A DNA stretch of 64,000 nucleotides from Antechinus flavipes (Eukaryota), in NCBI RefSeq assembly GCF_016432865.1, contig NC_067400.1:556884001-556948000 (forward strand), given 5' to 3'. The position numbers were made by a program, and so were the translations under genes. Below are positions 27,011 through 36,733 of the stretch, one piece after another. Each line of letters begins with the position of its first letter. Positions within the stretch are counted from its first letter, which is position 1. The notes under the pieces were generated by a model. It saw only the letters and a list, made by a program, of their open reading frames with translations. It did no database searches and was not told the DNA's origin.

Positions 27011-29139
27011 GGAGAAGTTGTGATGGAAAGAGTATTGCCCTTAAATTCAGAATATTAAAATAATAACTAACTTCTTGAGACTCTAGGGTTAGTTATTTAA
27101 CTGCTCTGACTTTTTTGTATAAAACAAAGTTTTTGAATGAACTCATATTGTATGGTACTATATAGCTTATAAAGCACTTTTCTGGCAGTGGTCTCAGGTG
27201 GTGTAATTCATTTAACAAATTTTGTGATTATTTAACTTATACATATGGACATGTATATGTATAAAAAGATGTGTGTGTATGTGTGAAATTTCATATGAGT
27301 GCCTATACATGTATATACATATATATATATACATAAACTTAGTTGAGTCTATTAAATACCATAGATATTTTTGTTCAAATCTTAAAGGAAAGTTGTTTCT
27401 TTATGCATATATATTAGTAGTGTATTTTAAAATCAGGTTCTTTTGTTACTCTTTAACTATCAATCATATATATTCATGTATATTTGTAAGAATATACATA
27501 TTATATACATATATGTGTGTATATATATATATATGCACATGCATATACATGCGTAAGTATATGTATATATATGCCTTTGTAAATGTGTTTTCATATATAT
27601 ATATAAGTATATGTGTATATAGATAAATACATATCTATATATTTATGTCTATATATACTTATATATACATACACATATTTATCCTTATCTGATCAGGGTA
27701 TCTTAGATATCCTAGGACATTTGCATGGCAAAGTAGATAAGAGGACCTGAAGTTAGGAACACGAGTCCAAATCTGGCTTCAGACACTTATTTGCTGTTTG
27801 TCCTTATGCAATTCACTCATTTGTCTCAGTTTTCTCATCTGTAAAAATGAGATAATAATGGCATCTACCTTCCAAGTACCCAAAGTTGTTATAAAGATAA
27901 AATGTTATATTTGTAAAGCATTTAGTCCAGTAACTGGCACATAATAGATACTACATAAATATTGGCTACTAGTAATGAATTGAGTGCTAAGTTCAGAGTT
28001 AGGAAGACCCAAGTTCTGACCTCACACTTGCTGCATGGTTTTACCTTTTACCTCTGCCATCATTTTCTCATCTGCAAAATGGGGATGATAATAATAGCAC
28101 TTCTCAGAGTTGTAACAATCAAATTAAATAAAATATTTTGATGTATAAAAAGTTCTAGATAATTAGTCATTTTATTACTTTGAATATAGGTCTTTTAACT
28201 TTATAAACAGTGTTCTTTCTACAAGAGCACACTCCATAATGACTCCAGTTTGATAAATGTGCCCCTTAGGATAAGACTCTTTGACCCTTCTCTGTGATTC
28301 TTAATAAAATTGAGTTTTATATTAGATAATTTCTAAAATCCCTCCTGAATCCAAATCTAAATTCTATGAACATTATTTATGATGATCACTCTATCAGTTC
28401 TATTCATTATTTGTGTCAAATATATAATTTGGTATCATTAGGGAAACAGAAGCTGCCTTCTTTCCATTGTGAGATGGATTAGTATCTTTCCTAGGAACTG
28501 ACATAGGGACAGAAGGCTATACACTCATAAACTCCATCACATCTCTGTGCAGAGTGTCCTTCCAGTATAAGAAGTCCAGTGGTAGAGTAAACTTTCTGGC
28601 ATCTAAAGAAAGTCTAGTAGGTCAGGAATAAAACTTGAAGAACTTGTAGAGATAGTTTGTCTGAGTACTTTCCTTAAAATGGAAGGTTTGTTCCCCAAAT
28701 ATTTTTCTATATTACCTATAGAATAACATACTAACTCTACAAACTAGTGTTCAAGTCTTTATGTTTTTATTATCGTTTAGCACAGTGGAAATGCTCAATG
28801 AATTTATTCTGCTAGTTTGGTATCTCCACCCCAATCCTTGAGTCAATTGATATAATGGACAAAGGCATAAGATGGAATTTTTTTTTAATGTGGAGCAAAA
28901 ATGAGGATAATAATGACACCTACTGCCCAAGTACCTTAAGTTGTTATAAAGACAGAATGAGATGATATTTGTAAAGCACTTAGCCCACTTAGTTAAGTCT
29001 TTCTATTAAAGACCATAGATTTTTTTGTTCAAATCTTAAAGGAAAGTTGTTTCTTTATTCATATATATTAATAGTGTATATTAAAATCAGGTTCTTTTGT
29101 TACTCTTTAGCTATCAGTCATCATCTTTGGCAGCTACAT

Positions 29140-29795
29140 TTTTTTTAAATTAAAGCTTTTTATTTACAAAGCATATGCATGAGTAATTTTTCCAACATTG
29201 ACCCTTGCAAAACCTTGAGTTCTAAATTTTCCCCTCCTTCTCCCCACCTCCTCCCCTAGTTGGCAGGTAGTCCAATACATGTTAAATATGTTGAAATACA
29301 TGTTGGATCAATATATGTATACATATTTATGTAGTTATCTTGTTGCATAAGAAAAATCAGATCAAGAAGGAAGAAAAAGAAAAACTGAGAAAGAAAACAC
29401 AATGTAGGCAAATAACAAGAGAGAGAATAAGAATGCTATATTGTGTTCCACACTCAGTTCTCACAGTCCTCTCTCTGGGTGTAAATGGCTCTCTTCATCA
29501 CTGAACAAGTGGAACTTGTTTGAATCATCTCATTGATGAAGAGAGCCATGTCCATCAGAATTGATCGTCATATTGTCTTCTTGTTGCCATGTGTAATGAT
29601 CTCCTGGTTCTGTTCATTTCATTTAGCATCAGTTCATGTAAATCTCTCTAGGCCTCTCTGAAATCATCCTGCTGGTCATTTCTTACAGAACAATAATATT
29701 CCACAACATTCATATACCATAATTTATTCAACCATTTCCCAATTGATGGGCATCCATTCAGTTTCCAGTTTCTTGCTACTACAAAGAGCTGCACA
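29140..29795 (-). mobile_element. 5'-truncated LINE-1 3' end
   Basis: Poly-T start, L1 3'UTR/ORF2-end sequence, perfect TSD tggcagctacat (29128-29139, 29796-29807). Confidence 0.9.
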
Positions 29796-30139
29796 TGGCA
29801 GCTACATATTTTATATCATTTAATAATTAACATGTCTTTCCCTTTATACAGAAATATTTTCTGCTCTCTTCATCACCAAATTGTTTCTAAATACCACATG
29901 GAACCAACTGATTCAAATCTTTTGACCGTACCCATAGAAGGAAAATCTGGAAGATGCAGATAACTAAGCATTGTAATTCACCCTTTGCCCTCCCAAAACT
30001 CCCTATTGCTTTAATGTTTGTGGTTTAGGACCCATCTTGCATAAAGTATTTCAAGAATTCAGTTTTGAGTTAATTATTTATAGAAATCACTAAGTTCCTT
30101 AAAAGATCAGCTCAAATGCCACCTATATCAAGATATTTC

Positions 30140-32110
30140 TTGATTGTTGGCAATGTGATTGTCATGTTGCTAGCATCCATTGCCAAAGTGGGTAATTGTA
30201 AACTGTAGTATGTAATTCACATTTAGTTGTCACGTTGCCTCCTTTTTTTTTTTTTACTGTATTAGCATGTAATCTAGTGTATTATTTGCATGTAATTGAC
30301 ATTTTAGCATATGTTAGCATATAATTAGAAAATATTTTAAAAGAGAAAATATTAGCATATAGTTGACATGTAGATAGCAAACAATTAGTGTGTCATTAGC
30401 TTTGATGGTAAAATATTGGCTTGTCAGTGTGTAATTGGTGCAATGTTGGCTTCAGTGGTAAAATTGTGACATGTGGCTATTGTAGTTAATATGTAATTGG
30501 CATGTTGGCTTTAACTATAAAATATTGGTGCACTGTTGGCATGTGATTAGCATTGAAATTGATAGCAATGTATGAGTATATCATTGGCAAGAATTTGGCA
30601 AATAATTGACATGTCACTGACTGTAGTGTTGGCATGTTTTTGGTGTGTCGATTTCAATGACAAAGTGTTGATGTGTAATTGGAGAGTCAATGGCTTTGAT
30701 AATAAAATGTTGGCATGTGATTGGTGTATTGTTAGCCTTAATGATGAATTCATGTAACTTACTTGTTCGCGTGTAATAGGTGTATTGTTCACTTTGATGG
30801 TATTAGTGTGTAGTTGTCATGTCTTTGGCATTTGATAATAAGTTTGGGTCTTGTGTGTATTTGGCACCTACAATATTAGCTATGTCATTGGCATATAATT
30901 GGCATATTACTAGTATTGATTGTAAATATCAGCATATAATTGGTGTGTAGTTGACTGTTGTTGGCTTTGACTATATTAAGATGTATTTAGTGTGTTTGTG
31001 TGTAATTAATGTGGCATTGGCATGTAATTGGTGTGCCATCTGACTTTGATCATTAAATGCTAAAGTGCAATTTATATATTGTTGGCTTTGATTGCTATGT
31101 TATTGGCATGCTACTGCATTTCATGGTAATGTGTTGCCAGGTAATTAGCATGAAGTTGGTGGATAATTGGTGTGTCACTCTCGCACCACTGGTTTTGACA
31201 ATAAAGTGTTGGTATGCAATCAGGGCATTGTTGGCATGTAATTGATGTTAACTGAGAGTAAAATGTTGGCTTCAATGATTAAGTGTCCACAGTGAGGGGC
31301 AGCTAGGTGGCGCAGTGGATAGAGCACCAGCCCTGAAATCAGGAGGACCCAACTTCAAATCTGGTCTCAGATACTTAACACTTCCTAGCTGGGTGACTCT
31401 GGACAAATCACTTAACCTCAATTGCTTCAGGAAAAAAAAAAGTGCATGTGTGTGATTGGCATGCTGTTGGTGTCTCATTGGTATGTTTTTGGTATGTAAT
31501 TGGCTGATGTTATGCAATTGTTGTTGGCTCTACAGTTAAATGTTGGTGTGTAATTGGTGTGTTGTTGGCATGTAATCAGCATGTGGTTGTACTCTACTGT
31601 AATATATTGGTATATTGGCATATAATTGATGTGTTGTTGGTTTCAACAATAAAGAGCTGGTGTGTAATTGGTATGGGGATGGCTGACATTAATGTGATGG
31701 TGTAGAATCTGTTGTTGACATTTAATTGATGTGTTGTTGGTTCTTACTGTCAAATGTTGGTGTGTAATTGGCATATAATTGGAAAGTGTTTGGCTTTGAT
31801 GCTAGTGCTGGTGTGGAATTAATGTGTCATTGTCTCCCCTCTGTAAAATGTGCAGAATTGGTGTGTTCTTGGTATGGAATTGGTATATTGATGGCATTAC
31901 TGGGAAAGTTTTGGCATGTAATCTGCGCATCCTTGGCAGGTTGTAGGTATGTGATCTGGGTGTTGATGGATTTGATGGTTTGATGCTTCTACACTAAAGT
32001 TTTTGGTGTGGAATTGGTTTGTGTTTTTGGAATTGGTGTGTTTTGGATTTAGCTGTTAAATGTTGGCTGTAATCGGCATGTTCTTGGTGTGTAATTGGCA
32101 TCAATAGGAA
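30140..32110 (+). repeat. Degenerate minisatellite: ~11-bp TTGG-based subunits in a ~42-bp higher-order unit
   Basis: Approximate consensus CTTTGATRATAAAATG-TTGGCATGTAA-TTGGTGTGTYR-TTGG (e.g. 30651-30736). 22 TAATT(G/A) and ~30 TTGGC counted on plus, versus one GCCAA. Confidence 0.85.
31296..31441 (+). mobile_element. WSINE1-type SINE inserted in the degenerate array
   Basis: GGGGCAGCTAGGTGGCGCAGTGGATAGAGC...TTCAAATC...AATTGCTTCAGG plus A10. Confidence 0.88.
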
Positions 32111-32549
32111 ATTGTTTTTAAGTGTGGAGCTTTCCCTTCCTCTTTTCCTTCTTCTTTGCTACATTGTTTATATTCTTTAGGATGAGTTTTCTTCTCACAT
32201 CTCCAAAGCTAAGGATATGACTATTCACTTGGGGCAGAATAATTATTTCCTTAGGTTGCTAAGAAAAATTACACATGTGTATTCTAAGAAAATATTAGAA
32301 TATAGATTTATTATTTATCTGTATTTTGAAGAAGACTGATATGCTTACAAAGTAATGGTGAGATGAGGATCACAGAAGCACAAAAATACCAAAAATCCCT
32401 AGCACAGTATTCTTAGGGTATAACCTTAGCCTAACCACTTGGAAGTAGCAGTGGAGTAGTCACATTATAGCTAAACTGTGTACTGTTTTTAAACTGGAGT
32501 TTTTATGTAAAAGACCTGTGCTGACAGGCTATTCAAAAGGATGCTTCTG

Positions 32550-33336
32550 CGAATCCAGCCATTCTGGAGAGCAATCTGGAATTATGCCCAAAAAGTTATC
32601 AAACTGTGCATACCTTTGATCCAGCAGTGTTTCTATTGGGCTTATACCCCAAAGAGATACTAAAGAAGGGAAAGGGACCTGTATGTGCCAAAATGTTTGT
32701 AGCAGCCCTGTTTGTAGTGGCTAGAAACTGGAAAATGAATGGATGCCCATCAATTGGAGAATGGCTGGGTAAATTGTGGTATATGAATGTTATGGAATAT
32801 TATTGCTCTGTAAGGAATGACCAGCAGGATGAATACAGAGAGACTTGGAGAGACTTACATGAACTGATGCTAAGTGAGATGAGCAGAACCAGGAGATCAT
32901 TATACACTTCGACAACGATATTGTATGAGGATGTATTCTGATGGAAGTGGATTTCTCTGACAAAGAGACTTAACTGAGTTTCATTGGATAAATGATGGAC
33001 AGAAACAGCTACACCCAAAGAAGGAATACTGGGAAATGAATGTGAACTATTTGATTTTTGATTTTCTTCCTGAGTTATTTTTACCTTCTGAATCCAATTC
33101 TCCCTGTGCAGCGGGAGAACTGTTCGGTTCTGCAAATATGTATTGTATCTAGGATATACTGCAACATATTTAACATATATAGGACTGCTTGCCATCTGGG
33201 GGGGGGGAGGAGGAGGGAGGGAGGGGAAAAAATGAAACATAAGTGATTGCAAGGGATAATGCTGTGTAAAAATTATCCTGGCATGGATTCTGTCAATACA
33301 AAGTTATTATTAAATAAAATTAAATTAAAAAAAAAA
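32550..33336 (+). mobile_element. Young 5'-truncated LINE-1
   Basis: Open ORF2 C-terminus (32606-32941), 3'UTR with G-rich tract, poly-A. TSD aaaaggatgcttctg (32535-32549) / aaaagaatgcttctg (33333-33347). Confidence 0.94.
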
Positions 33337-34988
33337 GAATGCTTCTGGCCAGAGGCCCATCAATGTGAATGATAGACTTGGGGAATTTAGACATCTAGAG
33401 GATGGAGAGTTCAGTGGGTTTTGAAATGTGGACTAACTAGTCACAGCTAAGTAGCTGTGACTAAATGCAAGACTGATTGATTAATGCATTTAGTAGTGAA
33501 TGGCAGAGTCAGGATTCAAACGTGTGCCTTCTGAGGCCAAACCTTTTTTTTTTTTTTTTACTTTACCAGACCAGGAGTGGAAGTCACATTGTTTGAGAAC
33601 TTATCAAAAGAACAGGGATGTTTATATTAGAAGAGAGAAGGCAGATATTGAAAGGCTATTGTGTGGAAAAGGAATTGCCAACAAACATTTATTAATCAAT
33701 TACTATATACCAAGTACATTGTTAGATGTTAAATATAAAAATAAAGGCAAAAGGAATTCCTGAACTCAAGGAAATTATTTTCTAAGATGAGAGATTTTAC
33801 AATATGTAAATATTGTACACATGTAAATATGTATATATGTGGTGATCTTATTCCCAAATGCAGCCAGGTGATAAAAGTTCAGATCTTTTATTATCTCCAA
33901 TATAGCCCGGTTAGCTTAGAGCCCTCTGAATGTCTCCAAATTCAAAGGTTCTGTCCTTCAGCCTCTGCCTCTGCTTTCTTCAGCCTCCAGCCAGCTCCAC
34001 TCAAAGAAGGAATACTGGGAAATGAATGTGAACTATTTGATTTTTGATTTTCTTCCTGAGTTATTTTTACCTTCTGAATCCAATTCTCCCTGTGCAGCGG
34101 GAGAACTGTTCGGTTCTGCAAATATGTATTGTATCTAGGATATACTGCAACATATTTAACATATATAGGACTGCTTGCCATCTGGGGGGGGGGAGGAGGA
34201 GGGAGGGAGGGGAAAAAATGAAACATAAGTGATTGCAAGGGATAATGCTGTGTAAAAATTATCCTGGCATGGATTCTGTCAATACAAAGTTATTATTAAA
34301 TAAAATTAAATTAAAAAAAAAAGAATGCTTCTGGCCAGAGGCCCATCAATGTGAATGATAGACTTGGGGAATTTAGACATCTAGAGGATGGAGAGTTCAG
34401 TGGGTTTTGAAATGTGGACTAACTAGTCACAGCTAAGTAGCTGTGACTAAATGCAAGACTGATTGATTAATGCATTTAGTAGTGAATGGCAGAGTCAGGA
34501 TTCAAACGTGTGCCTTCTGAGGCCAAACCTTTTTTTTTTTTTTTTACTTTACCAGACCAGGAGTGGAAGTCACATTGTTTGAGAACTTATCAAAAGAACA
34601 GGGATGTTTATATTAGAAGAGAGAAGGCAGATATTGAAAGGCTATTGTGTGGAAAAGGAATTGCCAACAAACATTTATTAATCAATTACTATATACCAAG
34701 TACATTGTTAGATGTTAAATATAAAAATAAAGGCAAAAGGAATTCCTGAACTCAAGGAAATTATTTTCTAAGATGAGAGATTTTACAATATGTAAATATT
34801 GTACACATGTAAATATGTATATATGTGGTGATCTTATTCCCAAATGCAGCCAGGTGATAAAAGTTCAGATCTTTTATTATCTCCAATATAGCCCGGTTAG
34901 CTTAGAGCCCTCTGAATGTCTCCAAATTCAAAGGTTCTGTCCTTCAGCCTCTGCCTCTGCTTTCTTCAGCCTCCAGCCAGCTCCACTC
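33017..34988. repeat. Exact 986-bp tandem duplication (33017-34002 / 34003-34988)
   Basis: Three ORF pairs start exactly 986 bp apart. No differences were seen by eye, including the T16 tract. Confidence 0.97.
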
Positions 34989-35437
34989 GTCATGTAATTC
35001 TGGTGAAATCTAGACTCGTAGCTTCTTCCTCTGAAAACTCTTCTTCCGCCACCAGCCAGCCAAGTGGAAAATATTATTTCTTGCCTTGCCTCAGAGAGAG
35101 GGCTTCTGGCATAATTCCTCTGAAATCCAACCGAGAACCTCTGTCTGTTTCTTTTATACAAGAGGGAGGAATTGTGGGATACGAGAGAGAGGGATTATGA
35201 GTTTTCTCCCATAGTGCTCTCTGGCCCTAAGAGCTTCAAGGGAGGTGTGAATTCACAAAGTTACAAAGTTTACTTTGTGAATCTGGCATACTTGTGAACT
35301 CCGATGAGTAAAGGTATAAACACAAGCATTGTACTAATTAGTTCTACTTAGTACCTTGTTTCAGGTTCTGGCCCAAAACATCTTCTTGTAAGATCAGATC
35401 AACTCTAATTAGTTAGCAGTTTGTAAAGATTCCAACA
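34824..35437 (-). mobile_element. ERV 3' LTR (614 bp)
   Basis: Begins TGTTGGAATC directly after the polypurine tract AAAAGAAAGGGGGAGA (35438-35453, minus). TATAAAAG near 35155 and AATAAA near 34875 on the minus strand. Confidence 0.88.
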
Positions 35438-36015
35438 TCTCCCCCTTTCTTTTGTTTTAGAACATAGGATGGTCAATGACCTCCCTGATTTCTCAAGGAG
35501 GTGAGAACCCCCAAAAAAGGTGATCACACCTTTCCTGACACCTCAGGAAGGGAGATGAAAACAGCAAAGGAAATAGGAAGTCAAATCAGATTAGCGGGTT
35601 TCTGAAGGGGCTCACTTGAAACAGGTACATATAAATCCATCAATATGGGCCAGAACTTTGAAACAGATATACATGGTATACATAAATCCATCAATATGGG
35701 AGGCATTATACATAATTTTTACATAAGCACATAGCAATATAACACAGGCTAGTAGTAATGTAACAAATAACATGAATCATCCTGAAAATTTACACATGTC
35801 CATAAGTCCTAGAAATAGTCCAAAAGGATTCCATTGTCCATTAGTTCATGTGCCAGGAATCCAATAGTTCCTGTAAGCCCTGAAGTACTGCAAAAGTCTC
35901 ATCAACAATTTTTCATCTCAAGGAATCCAATGATTCTTGCTGTTTTTTCAAGAACTGAAACAGTCTCATCTTGTCTTAGGAAATCCAATGATTCCTAAAG
36001 ATTTTAAAAGTCCTT

Positions 36016-36143
36016 TTAACAGTCTCAATGTCAGCCATCTGATTCTTTCTCCATCTGTGGAAATATAAGCAGATCCTCTTCCCCAGGCAGTTAACCTAAT
36101 TCCCTTCTATTTACCAAATTTGGGATTTCTCCTCATCATCTGA
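36016..36143 (-). pseudogene. pol: ERV integrase C-terminal domain relic
   Basis: RNPKFGK*KGIRLTAWGRGSAYISTDGERIRWL resembles the betaretroviral IN CTD W.GP..VL.WGRG......RW. Confidence 0.7.
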
Positions 36144-36146
36144 TAA

Positions 36147-36733
36147 CTACATTGGAGCTGTTTGCACTGGATACTTCCTTGTTGTCTTAAAAGGCCTGTA
36201 TTCTTCCCAACTGTAATCCTGATTGCTTTTCTGTTGGTTGATGACATCAAAGTCCTGAATTTCTAAAGTCTCTCTGTGTGTAACCTCAGCTGCTATCATG
36301 CCCCACCTGTCCTTTGAGTGATACTTTGGAGCTGGGTCCTGCCTCTCATTCCTCTGGGTCAATATACATTTAGAGGCCCAGTGAAAGCCTCGGTTACATT
36401 TTTGGACATGGGGTTTTGGGTTTTCTCTCACCCCGTCTTCTCACTCTATCTCCATATCTACAGTGAGCTCTCAAATGTCCAACTTTTCCTCACTGAAAAC
36501 ATTGACGAGTTTCTCTAGAATTCCTCTGCCAAGAAGGACCCTGTCTTTCCATGTTCATCATAGTTTGGGCATAATAAGCATTTATGCCCACTGTGGCACA
36601 GCGTCTTATGATTTCCTCTAAAGGAGCATTTTTGTCTAGTCCACATATAATCCTTTTGCAAATCTCATTGGCATTTTCCTTAGCCAAATGTCTAGTCATT
36701 ATTTCTGTGGCAGCATTATCTCCAATGGTTCTT
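36147..36733 (-). pseudogene. gag: ERV gag remnant (capsid C-terminal domain plus two NC zinc knuckles)
   Basis: LAKENANEICK (beta-type CA CTD). CFQ*GKVGHLRAHC (knuckle 1, Cys->stop) and CPKCNRGFHWASKC (knuckle 2, after a 1-bp frameshift), both CX2CX4HX4C. Confidence 0.88.

Noticed and set aside
30547-31983. Several 60-80 aa ORFs in the degenerate array
   Set aside because: They are by-products of low-complexity G/T-rich repeat sequence, with no coherent frame.
32800-34997. Identical ORF pairs suggesting duplicated genes
   Set aside because: They are antisense or 3'UTR L1 and intergenic frames copied by the 986-bp duplication.
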